From: a virus
Lineage: Duplodnaviria > Caudoviricetes
Direction: 5' to 3' (one strand)
IMG/VR virus record: IMGVR_UViG_3300007169_000667
Coordinates: 1 to 64,000 of that record
Length of the DNA stretch: 64,000 nt
Each line of letters starts with the position of its first letter. Position 1 is the stretch's first letter. The position numbers and the translations under genes are program-made. Below, in pieces: positions 36,487 through 46,965 of this stretch. The notes below the pieces were generated by a model, which was given only the letters and a program-made list of their open reading frames with translations, did no database searches and was not told the origin of the DNA.

Positions 36487-38808
36487 ATGTTAAGAAGCAA
36501 TCTTTTTAAGAGATTTGGTACAGGGGGTATGAATGAACCTGTAGACAAGGTATCTGGAGCTGGCTTAGAGCCTGTTCAGGACTATCCTACTATTGAGGAA
36601 ATAGCAAATAAAATTAAACCTATTACTCCTAGCATGATGGGAGTAGGGACTCCTAAAACAAAAGAAGAATATGAGAAGAGATATGGTAAACTAGAAATCT
36701 CTCCAGAATCTTTTGATCAGTCTTTTGACTTTGGCATCGTAGATCGTCAAGGTGTAGGCGATAGAATGGCTAACAATATTCTTAATCAAGAACAAACATT
36801 AAACGCAACCGAGTACTTCACTTCTACTCCTGAGAGTGTGCAAAAAGCACAGGATATAAGTAATGAAGTAGCATCTCAATTTGATCCTCAGAAACAGTTT
36901 AAGTTTCCTAAGTTAGGAAAAGATTTAGGAGAAGGGATAGGTTTAGGTTTGCTTGGAGTAGATACAGCTTTGGCCTATAATCAAGACTTAGCAAACCGAG
37001 AAAAATTAACACAATCAATTCAACAAAGAAACTCCAAACCTCTCTATGACTACAATTATATGTATGGCCGTACTACTAGTGGAGGAACAGAGTATCAACC
37101 TGTAATTAAAGCCGAAATGGGTGCAAAAATAAATAAACGTTATGCTAGTGAAGGCATGAACGATGTAGAAATTGAAGGAGGAGAGTTTATCCAACTTCCT
37201 AACTTTGACACAGAGTTGGCTGAAGGACCTTCTCACGCTAATGGGGGTATTCCTACAAACCTTCCTGATGAGACTCGTGTATACTCTAATAACTTAAAGC
37301 CAGAAGGTTCTAAGAAAACTTTTGCTCAGATTGCTAAGAACTACGATATTACTTCTTATAAAAAGACTTTAGAGAATCCTTTTGCTAAACAAGTAGATAA
37401 GGATACCGCTAATCTTATGATGCAACGTAATCAAAAGATTCTTGATGATTTATTTAGAGATCAACAGATTATGAATGGTAACTCTAATGGAGAGGTAATG
37501 GCTAAGAATGGCGCAGGTATTGATAACCCAGGATTTAAAGCATTGCCTGGTTATGTACAAGCTAAGATTACTGCTAATATGGCTAACGGAGGTAATCCTC
37601 CTTCTAAAGCAGGTATCCCAAAAAACTTACAAGAGTATGTAAACTGGGACCCTCAAGCAGGAGGCGGTAAAGGTGCTTGGAGATTAGAAGTTCCCGAAGG
37701 TCTTCCTTCTTCTAAGTTAAGAGAAATTGCTGCAGCCGCCAATATTCAAGGATATAAGAATCTAGTACAGACAGCTAATCCTCGTTTAAAAGGACAATCT
37801 GCTCCTGGATATGAAGGGTACTATGCAGGTCTAACTCCACAGGATTACGAAAGAAGATTAGTAGAGGAAGAGTTGGGTATGGAAGAAGCTGCTAAGTTAG
37901 ACGAGTTAGGAATGCGTAAAAAAGCATTTGAGCTAATAGGCATTAATCCTAATGATTATAACATAGAAGATCCTAAAGCATTATATAATAGTAAAGATTT
38001 TAGAGAAAAGTTTTATAAAGGATTTACAAAGTATCTACCAGAGGCACAGTTTCGTCCAGATTTAAAAGATGATTTTAAGTTTGGCTTTGAGCATTACGAT
38101 GCTATCAAAAAGAAAACTCCTCCTACTACTCCAGAGACTCCTCCAGGAAAAGGTGTTCCTCCCAATACTCCTACCTATAATGTCCCTCCTGGAGGAAACC
38201 AAGGACAATATATCCGTGGAGAATTTCCTTTATATCAAGCTATCCCTGAAGCATTTGGGTTAGCTCAGGCACAAGAAATTTACCCATACGCTATTCCTGA
38301 AGTAGATGCTCCCTATGTACGTCCTCAAACTCTAAACATTCAAAGTGAGTTACAAGATATTGATAACATGGGATCAGCAAGTGTAAGAGCTGGAGCAAAT
38401 CCTCTAGATGTTTACATTGCAGGATTGGATGCTAAACAGAAGGCTTTCCAGACTAAACAAAATTATGATGCTGAAGGTCGTTCTAGAGCTGATTTGACTA
38501 ATGCACAGATGAGACAAACTGCCGACTTATACAATGCGCAATACTTTGATAAAGTTTATAATGATTTAATTGGATCTGCAAGAGATGCACAATCGGCAGA
38601 AAAGATGTCAGCTATTGCTAGTCTAACAAATAAAAAAGGTATGTTTGATCAAGAAGAGAATCTTAAAGATGCATACATTACAAACTTAATCAGTAACTTT
38701 GATGTAGACTCTACAGGTAAATTTGTTTTAAAACCCTCAGGAAACTTCTCGTATAGTACACCCCCAGCTACAGCTAAGAAGGGTATGTATAAAAAATCTA
38801 AAAAATAA
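36487..38808 (+). CDS. Cargo or ejection protein 1 (773 aa)
   Basis: VEIEGGE...G-x-SH-x-x-GG...LP-x-x-TRVYS-x-x-LK motif characteristic of crAss-like cargo proteins; no Cys seen. Confidence 0.7.
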   Translation: MLRSNLFKRFGTGGMNEPVDKVSGAGLEPVQDYPTIEEIANKIKPITPSMMGVGTPKTKEEYEKRYGKLEISPESFDQSFDFGIVDRQGVGDRMANNILNQEQTLNATEYFTSTPESVQKAQDISNEVASQFDPQKQFKFPKLGKDLGEGIGLGLLGVDTALAYNQDLANREKLTQSIQQRNSKPLYDYNYMYGRTTSGGTEYQPVIKAEMGAKINKRYASEGMNDVEIEGGEFIQLPNFDTELAEGPSHANGGIPTNLPDETRVYSNNLKPEGSKKTFAQIAKNYDITSYKKTLENPFAKQVDKDTANLMMQRNQKILDDLFRDQQIMNGNSNGEVMAKNGAGIDNPGFKALPGYVQAKITANMANGGNPPSKAGIPKNLQEYVNWDPQAGGGKGAWRLEVPEGLPSSKLREIAAAANIQGYKNLVQTANPRLKGQSAPGYEGYYAGLTPQDYERRLVEEELGMEEAAKLDELGMRKKAFELIGINPNDYNIEDPKALYNSKDFREKFYKGFTKYLPEAQFRPDLKDDFKFGFEHYDAIKKKTPPTTPETPPGKGVPPNTPTYNVPPGGNQGQYIRGEFPLYQAIPEAFGLAQAQEIYPYAIPEVDAPYVRPQTLNIQSELQDIDNMGSASVRAGANPLDVYIAGLDAKQKAFQTKQNYDAEGRSRADLTNAQMRQTADLYNAQYFDKVYNDLIGSARDAQSAEKMSAIASLTNKKGMFDQEENLKDAYITNLISNFDVDSTGKFVLKPSGNFSYSTPPATAKKGMYKKSKK

Positions 38809-38813
38809 AAACT

Positions 38814-40493
38814 ATGCCAATAGGAGCAAGACATACAAAATTTGAGTATCCCGAATACATCTCTCCTTTTCCAGCAGACGAGTTAATTAAACTTGCTGTT
38901 AAGAAACAAGAGATGTATGACGAAGGTAGAAGCTTAGTACAAAAACAGATAGATACCTATGGTCAAATTCGTAATCAACTAGTAAAAGATCAAGACAAAG
39001 AATACTTTGACAAATCTATGAGTGGATTAGTTAAAGCAATTAATTCTAGTGCAGGCTTAGACTTTTCTAATAAGTCTAATGTACAAGCTGTTTTAGGAAT
39101 AGGGAAACCTTTTGAGAATGACCCTAACTTAATTAACGCTGTAAACTCTTCTAAGAACTACAGTAAGATGATGGAAGATTATAAGAAGTTAGATCCTAAA
39201 CTTAAATCTCCTGTAAACGATCATTTCTATTTTAAGGGGATTAGATCTTGGATGGAAGATCCTAATGTAGGTGCTCAGTTAAATTATAGTGCTTATAAAC
39301 CTTATGCAGAAGGGACGGTAAAAAAATGGTCTGAAGTATCAAAAGATCTTAAGCCCAATATTGAAACTGTATATGAACAATCTCCTGATGGACGTTGGAT
39401 TACTAAACAAAAAATTTCTGGAGTAGATCAGGATCGTTTTATGAAGGCTTATAGGTCTATATTAACTCCCCAGGAAGAAGAGCAACTTCAGATGGATGCT
39501 GCATATAACCTGGAGATTAGAGGTAAAGAAAATGTGTTTAACCAGTGGCAACAATCTCAACAAAACAACTTAAATGCTTACGATAATAGAGTAAATGAGT
39601 TAGAGGGTAGATATAAACAAGCGGTGAATAAATTGGGTGAAAATGATCCTACGACTTTAAGAATTGATGCGGAACTTAAAAAAACTCGGATGTATAGAAA
39701 TGCTACTGCAGATAAACTTAATCAGAGTTCAGAAACAATTAATCAAAATGAGTTAGTGTCTTATTTAGTAGACGACCAAATATTCAATGCTGCAGAAGGA
39801 TATGCCTACAAACAGATTGAAAGTGATCTTGAAGAAAATAAATACACATTAGAAGCATATAAGAGTTCTTTAAGTATCGGAGAGTATCAAGCTAAGGCTC
39901 AAGTAGATATTCAGAAAGCTGCCTTATTGGATCAAATGGGATTAAGTACTTCTGCTGATGGATCTTCTAGCAAGAAGCAAGGAACACCTGTAGGATTTAT
40001 GCCTGCAAAGGACAGCGATTTAAATCCAGAAAACTTTAATGTATATCAAGACTTTAGTACAATGCAAAATCTTAGTGCTGAAGACAACAGAGTTCTTAAT
40101 GAAGGTATAAGTAATTTAGGAGGATATAAATTATCACCAGATGGAAAAACCTTAGTTGCAAACTATACTACAAATAAAGATGGTAGTATAAAAAGAAATT
40201 CTACTGTTGCAGATGTTTTAAAGATAGCACAGGCTGAAAATAATGTTGATACTCCAGGTACTACAAAGTTAGATATAGTATTAGGTAAGAATAGAGAATT
40301 GTATCTACATAAACTTAAAGGTCTACTTATGAGTCTATCAGGGGAAGATGTTAGTCCAGAACAAACTATTCAATACACTGTTTCAGATGGGACTAAAAAC
40401 TATATTCGTAAACAAAGAGTTAAAGACTTTTTAAACGAAAATGCAAGTGCTATCTTACCTCACATTAATCAAATTGGTAAACTTACCAAATAA
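38814..40493 (+). CDS. Cargo or ejection protein 2 (559 aa)
   Basis: YISPFP-x-DE-x-x-K N-terminus, helical, no Cys seen; crAss-like synteny. Confidence 0.65.
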   Translation: MPIGARHTKFEYPEYISPFPADELIKLAVKKQEMYDEGRSLVQKQIDTYGQIRNQLVKDQDKEYFDKSMSGLVKAINSSAGLDFSNKSNVQAVLGIGKPFENDPNLINAVNSSKNYSKMMEDYKKLDPKLKSPVNDHFYFKGIRSWMEDPNVGAQLNYSAYKPYAEGTVKKWSEVSKDLKPNIETVYEQSPDGRWITKQKISGVDQDRFMKAYRSILTPQEEEQLQMDAAYNLEIRGKENVFNQWQQSQQNNLNAYDNRVNELEGRYKQAVNKLGENDPTTLRIDAELKKTRMYRNATADKLNQSSETINQNELVSYLVDDQIFNAAEGYAYKQIESDLEENKYTLEAYKSSLSIGEYQAKAQVDIQKAALLDQMGLSTSADGSSSKKQGTPVGFMPAKDSDLNPENFNVYQDFSTMQNLSAEDNRVLNEGISNLGGYKLSPDGKTLVANYTTNKDGSIKRNSTVADVLKIAQAENNVDTPGTTKLDIVLGKNRELYLHKLKGLLMSLSGEDVSPEQTIQYTVSDGTKNYIRKQRVKDFLNENASAILPHINQIGKLTK

Positions 40494-40507
40494 TAATATA
40501 AATACTT

Positions 40508-43500
40508 ATGCCATCTGGTAATCTTGGATTTAATCCCTTCTATGGAACAAAAGACTTAACTGTAGCTGCAGATAGACAACTTAATTCTGAAAGAGGTTTA
40601 CAGTCTTTTGAAACTACGTTACGCAAAGGCGCTATTGCTGATCAAAACTATCAGAATAAATTAGTAGAAGAAAATAGAAACTTAAAATTAAATTCTTTAA
40701 AGAGTCTGTATATGCAGGCTTATGATAATCCAATTTTAGCAGAGAAGTCTGCTGCTTCAATGTTTAGTCGTATAGAAGGAGCAAGAGATAAAAATTCTAT
40801 TAATGCTATTCATCAAGAGCTAGAATCAATTAGAGAAAAAGCAGAAGATAATAAGTATTTGTTTGATGTTGCAGAGTTGGGAGACTCTTTACTTAACTGG
40901 TATGGCAGAGCTCGTGGTGTAGTTGAGGGTAAAGACAAATTACTTAAGTCTAAAGATATAGATTTAAATGAGTCTACTAAGTGGTTAACACCATCTGATC
41001 TCGTTACTAATATTAAATCCCATATAAATGAGATTGATTACAAATCTTTTGGTGTTAATCTTTTAAATAGTTACGGGAGTCCGGATGAGTTAAACAAAAA
41101 GCTAAAACAAAGTCTAGCTTCTCCTGTTGCTCAGAATGCTTTTGATGACTTATTAACGACTAAGTTACAAGATAATTTTATCACAAGAGGGAATGACTTC
41201 TATCGAGAAGGACCAGAAGCTAAACAGTTTCAACAACAAGCTTTAAATTCACTTAAAAATCCTGATGACCTTGCTAAGAAGTACTTTAAATATGATTTAG
41301 AGAACGAAACTATTGGTTCTTTACGTTCCGCAATTAGTTCAAAACTTACAGAACTTATAGTCTCTCCTAAATCAAAAGATGAGTCAGTAAACAAAGAGAA
41401 TGATCGTTTAATTACTTCTTATAGACAGTCTCTAGAGTTATTAGACAAACGCCAAAAAGAGAACGCTAAGATTTATGGAGTTAATAAATACGAACCTGAT
41501 TATGAAAGATTAGGAGGAAAAGGCAGAGGAGGAACTGCAAATTCTTTACTTTCAGGAGTAGTAGATTTATCAAATGCCTTTAGTAGTAGGAGTGACTTTG
41601 AGGGAACTATTTATAAGAAAGCATTGTATGCTCCTGAAGTAATTTCTTATACACCTGATGGTAAGCCAGTAATGTCTAATCAGTTTATGTATGAGAAAGA
41701 AGATGGTTCTACTGGTTTTAATTTTGGAGCAATACCTGAGGCAGGTGCTGCTATGATAAGTCAAATGTTACCTATTCTTTCTGTAGGATCTGTGGTAGGA
41801 GGAGTAGTAGGAGGAGCTGCAAAAAGTATTGATGCAGCTGCTAAGTTAGCAGAAGGATATTCTACCTTAAATAAAGTATCTGCATTTGGTAAAGAACTTC
41901 GAATGGCTGATAGACTCTCTACTTTTGCAACAGTTACTGCTGGTACCTTACCTACAATGATTGCAGAAGAAAAAAAGTGGGGAGGCAACTATTTTAAAAG
42001 AGCACTAGCTAAAGCATCAGTAGAAGGTTTGACTGAGGGTATTGGATTCCCTGACGTTGGGGCTTTAAAGTTTAAACCTTTTCAAGCAGATCTAGCTACT
42101 TCAGCAAAACGAGCAGCAGGAATTGAACTTAAGTTTACTGACAATGCTAGAAACTTCTTTAATTCTGCTGGACAATTTGGAGTTATTGGACTTAAACAAA
42201 ACGCAGTAGAAGCACTAGAAGAAGAGCTTTCATTACTAGGAAATGCTTTTTTAGAGACTACACTCATGCCTGAAGAGTTTGTAGGTAGAGATAAAACAGA
42301 AATAACTGGTGAGAGTATGCTTGATACTTTTGTTGAGTCTTTTGCAGCAGGCGCTATCTACTCAGGGTTTACAACTGGATTTCAAGGATATGCCGCAGGT
42401 AATAAGTCGCATGTTCAGAATCAAGCAGACTGGGAAGCAGCAAATAATCCAGAGCTATTTAAAGCTAAGTTAAAACAGCTTAATGAAAAAGGTAGTATTT
42501 CTGACCAACAATATGCTCAAGCTGTACTAGATGTTAATAGGAAGTCAGCTGTTTTAAATGGTTTGTTTGGTTTTGATAGCATTAGAGATGCTAAGACATT
42601 GTTAGAAGACAAAGATGAACAGTACAACTATTTTATTAATCATCTAAGAGCTGACGAACTAGTTGATATTAATTACGATGCCCTAACTGATCAAGAGAAG
42701 CAAATATTTGCAACTAGAAAACTTGCAGATAAAATAGACTCTAAAGGAAGAGCTAGAATGGATGAGATTAGAAAAGAACTTGTGGGTCTGTATAAAGAAG
42801 AGTTGACCGTAGAGAATGATAAAAAAATTAAAGATCTGTCAAAAGAATACTATGCTATCCGAAGAGCTAACATAAAAACAATAAATAAAAAAGATTTAAC
42901 AGCAGAAGAAGAAAAGTTTTTAAAAGAAAAAGGAATTATAGGCGAGAAAGACTTTGAATATACTCAAGCAGACATTGATGCTGAGTTATCTAAGGTTACT
43001 ACTGATATTTTAAAGACCCAGAAGAGAATAGAAAAGTATGCTAATTTATCTGAAGAAGAGAAAGCTAAAGTTATTTCTAATGCCTACGATGAAAAAATAG
43101 CTAGTCTTGATCAGATTACGGATCCACAGGAACTTATACAATCTAGAGTAAATGTACAAAGAGATCTAGATTATCTTAAACTTAAAGGAAACTATAAGGA
43201 TAAAGCACAGATTGCAAACAGAGAACGTTTGCTAGATGCTTATGGAGAAAGATTTGATCAACTTACAAATCAAAGGGACGAATCTGGAAGAAACTTTTTA
43301 GAACAGTCTATAGAGAATATAGACTATGATACCTTAGAAAATACTTTGGATCTTTATGGTATTACTAAGCTTCGTAATCAGATAGAAGATAATTCTGATT
43401 TTATTAATCAGGAGATGGCACTTACAGCAGACGAAAACTTAGCTGCAAGTCAAGTACGGATTCTAGAAAAACTTCTTACTGCTACTCCAGAAGAACGCCA

Positions 43501-46500
43501 ATCAGCATTAGCTGTTTTCTTAGACAATGTTGCACCTAAAAATGCAATGTATGCTTACAATGTAGAAGCTTTAAATAAACAATTTCCTGGTATAAAATTT
43601 ACTGTAGAAGAATTAGATATAGCCAGAGAAGCTTTAATTCAAAGAAGATCGGAAATGAAAGCACAGGAAATTGCTGGTCAACCTGTAACTGAAGAAGGAT
43701 TAACTGACGAAGAAAATGCAGATGTAGAAGAATTTTCTTCAATGGTTAATACTGCAAGTACTCCTTCTACTCCCTCTAATACTCCTGCTTCTTCTACCAC
43801 TTCTTCTCCTACCCAACCTATAGATGAGTCGGGTAAATCTCAAACTAAATTAACTTTTAAAGAGGGATATGCTAAGCAAGTAGGCGACTATAAGAAAAAG
43901 TATCCCACAGATTATATAAATAAATTTAAAGAATTTTTAGTTAATATAGTAGCAAGAAAGTTCGGTAGAGGAACAAGAGACTTTGACTACATTGTTGGTC
44001 TTGTAAATAGTCTCTTTAACAAGAGTATTACTATTTCTCAGTTTGAACAAAGTATAGCTAGTATGGCTGATATCATATCTAAAGATATTGCAGCTAGAAA
44101 AAGAAATAAAACAAACTCTGATACAGCAGAAAATAAACTTGCTTCATTGAACGCTGTATCATACTTTGCTAAAAGATTTGTACGAGAAGAGTTACCTACT
44201 ACTGCTGCTTCTGCACCTGTAGTAGCTGCTACACCCGTAGCAAATCCTTTGCCAGCAAATCTAAATACAGAAACTAAAAATAAAGCTTTAGATGCCCAAC
44301 TTGCTCGAAGAGAAGCAAGATTATTAGAATTAAATTCTCCCTTAAGGAGTGCAGCAATAGAGTTTGACAGTAAAGATGTACGAAGAACAGATCCTGCAGA
44401 AGTAAGAAATGCTAAAGCAATTGAGTCACTTGGTGGTCCAGGTGCTCAAATTAGAATACAGAGTAGAAAAGGAACAGCAATGGTATTCCTAGCTATGAAG
44501 TATCCCGATAAAACAGAAGAGCAAATAGATGAAGATTTTCGTAGAATAGAGTCAATTTTTGAGAATAACTCTATGACTATAGAACAATGGAATGCTTTAA
44601 CTAGGGAACAACAAGATGCTATATTAGCCCCAATGCACGAGCTTTTAGGAGAAGAATACTTTGATAGGTCTACCTTGGGATACTTTATAGTTAACAAAGG
44701 AGATGGATTCACAGTTAACTCTGCTGTTATGATTACTGCTCCTAATCAAGAAGAAGGTTCTTTATCTCTATTTGATGGGTATCCTCTACAATTAAACTTA
44801 ACCAAACTTGTCTCTAAGGGTAAAGATGTAGTTTTCCCAGAAGAACATAGTAAGACTTTACAGGATGTAAAAAGGTTAAGAACATTTTTAACTGAAAATC
44901 CTTATTCTTTTGTTGATACAGAGTTTAGTGTGTCTGAAGGAGTATTACCTAAATCCGCTAGTCAAAAGAAAGCAGCTGAGATAGAAAACGAAACCATTGC
45001 ACAATCTAATGCTAGTGACTTTGAGATTGCAGACTCAGAAGGTCAGGAAATTTTTGGTAAGACTTTTAAGTTTAACTTAGGTCGTATATACTTTAATAAC
45101 AATGGTAATCCCGTTATTCTAGGCAATACTAATATACAAGAGCAAGAGGCAGAGGCAATAGCAGAAATGATATTCTCTGAAACAATTCCTAGTGACTTTG
45201 TAGATCAGGCTGGATTAGAAAAGTATTTGTTTAGTCTTATTAACATTATAGATAAGAAGAATCGGGTACATTTTTTTCCTAATAATAATTATCCAAGTAA
45301 GTCCGAAGCAGTAGAGTACCCACTTACTGTTGTTCAGACTACCTATGTAAACGGTAAACCTGTTAATAAGATTTTGACCAAGGAAGAGTTCTTGGATTTC
45401 TTAAAGAAAAGTTTTTATAAAGCAGATCGTACTATATTACAAAATGGAGATCCTATGATACGAGTATCTTTGGTCGATGGTAAGATAGTAACAACTAAAC
45501 AATCTTATTCTGACTATCTAAAAGATACACATACTTTTCCTGTGACAGCTGGGGGAGAACTTATTACACCAATAAATAAAGTAGTTTATCCTGATCAAAA
45601 AGAATTTGAGAAAAAAGTACTCGAGGTTCTTCCTAAAACTCAGCCCACTCCTCCTCAAGTACAACCAAGTGTATCGAGTCCTAGTGTTTCTACTAGTACA
45701 AATCAACCTGAGGCAGTAGATCTTCACCTAGTACAACATGCAAAACTTAAAGAAGTAGTAGAAAAAAATCCAATACTTAACAGTTTATTTAAAGGTGCTT
45801 ATGACAATCTTACTCCAGAGTTATACGATCAACTGGTACAATTTATCTATGATAATCCAGGCAAAGTGACCTACAACTCTATAGAGTACACAGACTCTAG
45901 TAAAAGTGCTTACGGAATTGTTCCTTATACAACTGATAGTAATCCTATATTTATTTTTGTAGGCATACAATTACCAGGTAGAGAGAAGCCTTTTCCTCTA
46001 GTGATGTTAAGCAACGATGATTTAGAAGTAAGAGGTATAGATAAAAAGTCTATCCAATTAACTATGCCTAAACAAAATACTGCTCCAGTTATTCCTACTG
46101 CTCCTACTCAAACTGTGATTTCTAAGACTGATTTTGAAAAAAGAAAACAAAAGGATGATGCCAAACCTTCTAGAGAATCTGTAAAATATAAACTTCAAAA
46201 TAAAATAGCAGGTATAGATAATCCTAAACCAGGAAATGAAGTAACTAATTTGTCTGAAGCTATAAAAATAGCTGGTGCTAAACTAGCTACTCCTATAGAA
46301 ATTAATGAAGGAGAGATTACTCATGTAATATTCGACCAAGAAGAGTCTAATTTTAGATTTACTTATAAGAAACAAAAATTTGCCGCATTTTATATAACTA
46401 ATGTAAAAGGCAATGTCAGGTGGGAAATAGCAAAATTTAATGATAAGACAGGTACTTATCAGTCTATTAGCCTAGATGAATTAAAAAATATAAATGAAAA

Positions 46501-46903
46501 GTATGGCTCTCCAAAAGACTTGTTACTTAGTTTGGCTGCTAAACCTTTGATTCAAGATATTGAAAACTTTGAAAAAGTAGAATACTCTGAAAAAGATAAA
46601 TCCTCTGCTAATGGTATTATTCCTTTAGAAAATACTGTATCAGCAGAACAAGTAAGGTTGGGTAAAAAGTATGGTCAGACTTATACTTTGGAAGACTTTA
46701 TCAAAGATTACGATGCAGAACTAGCTGCCTCAGAACAATCTACACCTCCTAAGCAATCATTAGCAGACAGACTTAACAGTGTAAACGCAGGGGAGATGTT
46801 TGATCAAGATGATATAGACCAAGCAAAAAAAGCAAAAGAAGATTGTGCCGGATTAGATCGTGCTAAACAATTAAAAGAGATAAAAAAGAAACCTAAGTTG
46901 TAA
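40508..46903 (+). CDS. Giant ejection protein (2131 aa)
   Basis: Gly/Ala-rich membrane-prone segment (about residues 410-640), coiled coils, Pro/Thr linkers; directly upstream of the virion RNAP gene. Confidence 0.75.
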   Translation: MPSGNLGFNPFYGTKDLTVAADRQLNSERGLQSFETTLRKGAIADQNYQNKLVEENRNLKLNSLKSLYMQAYDNPILAEKSAASMFSRIEGARDKNSINAIHQELESIREKAEDNKYLFDVAELGDSLLNWYGRARGVVEGKDKLLKSKDIDLNESTKWLTPSDLVTNIKSHINEIDYKSFGVNLLNSYGSPDELNKKLKQSLASPVAQNAFDDLLTTKLQDNFITRGNDFYREGPEAKQFQQQALNSLKNPDDLAKKYFKYDLENETIGSLRSAISSKLTELIVSPKSKDESVNKENDRLITSYRQSLELLDKRQKENAKIYGVNKYEPDYERLGGKGRGGTANSLLSGVVDLSNAFSSRSDFEGTIYKKALYAPEVISYTPDGKPVMSNQFMYEKEDGSTGFNFGAIPEAGAAMISQMLPILSVGSVVGGVVGGAAKSIDAAAKLAEGYSTLNKVSAFGKELRMADRLSTFATVTAGTLPTMIAEEKKWGGNYFKRALAKASVEGLTEGIGFPDVGALKFKPFQADLATSAKRAAGIELKFTDNARNFFNSAGQFGVIGLKQNAVEALEEELSLLGNAFLETTLMPEEFVGRDKTEITGESMLDTFVESFAAGAIYSGFTTGFQGYAAGNKSHVQNQADWEAANNPELFKAKLKQLNEKGSISDQQYAQAVLDVNRKSAVLNGLFGFDSIRDAKTLLEDKDEQYNYFINHLRADELVDINYDALTDQEKQIFATRKLADKIDSKGRARMDEIRKELVGLYKEELTVENDKKIKDLSKEYYAIRRANIKTINKKDLTAEEEKFLKEKGIIGEKDFEYTQADIDAELSKVTTDILKTQKRIEKYANLSEEEKAKVISNAYDEKIASLDQITDPQELIQSRVNVQRDLDYLKLKGNYKDKAQIANRERLLDAYGERFDQLTNQRDESGRNFLEQSIENIDYDTLENTLDLYGITKLRNQIEDNSDFINQEMALTADENLAASQVRILEKLLTATPEERQSALAVFLDNVAPKNAMYAYNVEALNKQFPGIKFTVEELDIAREALIQRRSEMKAQEIAGQPVTEEGLTDEENADVEEFSSMVNTASTPSTPSNTPASSTTSSPTQPIDESGKSQTKLTFKEGYAKQVGDYKKKYPTDYINKFKEFLVNIVARKFGRGTRDFDYIVGLVNSLFNKSITISQFEQSIASMADIISKDIAARKRNKTNSDTAENKLASLNAVSYFAKRFVREELPTTAASAPVVAATPVANPLPANLNTETKNKALDAQLARREARLLELNSPLRSAAIEFDSKDVRRTDPAEVRNAKAIESLGGPGAQIRIQSRKGTAMVFLAMKYPDKTEEQIDEDFRRIESIFENNSMTIEQWNALTREQQDAILAPMHELLGEEYFDRSTLGYFIVNKGDGFTVNSAVMITAPNQEEGSLSLFDGYPLQLNLTKLVSKGKDVVFPEEHSKTLQDVKRLRTFLTENPYSFVDTEFSVSEGVLPKSASQKKAAEIENETIAQSNASDFEIADSEGQEIFGKTFKFNLGRIYFNNNGNPVILGNTNIQEQEAEAIAEMIFSETIPSDFVDQAGLEKYLFSLINIIDKKNRVHFFPNNNYPSKSEAVEYPLTVVQTTYVNGKPVNKILTKEEFLDFLKKSFYKADRTILQNGDPMIRVSLVDGKIVTTKQSYSDYLKDTHTFPVTAGGELITPINKVVYPDQKEFEKKVLEVLPKTQPTPPQVQPSVSSPSVSTSTNQPEAVDLHLVQHAKLKEVVEKNPILNSLFKGAYDNLTPELYDQLVQFIYDNPGKVTYNSIEYTDSSKSAYGIVPYTTDSNPIFIFVGIQLPGREKPFPLVMLSNDDLEVRGIDKKSIQLTMPKQNTAPVIPTAPTQTVISKTDFEKRKQKDDAKPSRESVKYKLQNKIAGIDNPKPGNEVTNLSEAIKIAGAKLATPIEINEGEITHVIFDQEESNFRFTYKKQKFAAFYITNVKGNVRWEIAKFNDKTGTYQSISLDELKNINEKYGSPKDLLLSLAAKPLIQDIENFEKVEYSEKDKSSANGIIPLENTVSAEQVRLGKKYGQTYTLEDFIKDYDAELAASEQSTPPKQSLADRLNSVNAGEMFDQDDIDQAKKAKEDCAGLDRAKQLKEIKKKPKL

Positions 46904-46929
46904 TTTTAGAGTATCTTAGTGTTACGTAT

Positions 46930-46937
46930 TATATTTG
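46930..46937 (+). promoter_or_regulatory. -7 promoter box before the RNAP gene
   Basis: TATATTTG 28 nt upstream of the ATG at 46966. Confidence 0.5.
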
Positions 46938-46965
46938 TTAAAACTAATTATAAAATAAAACTAGA

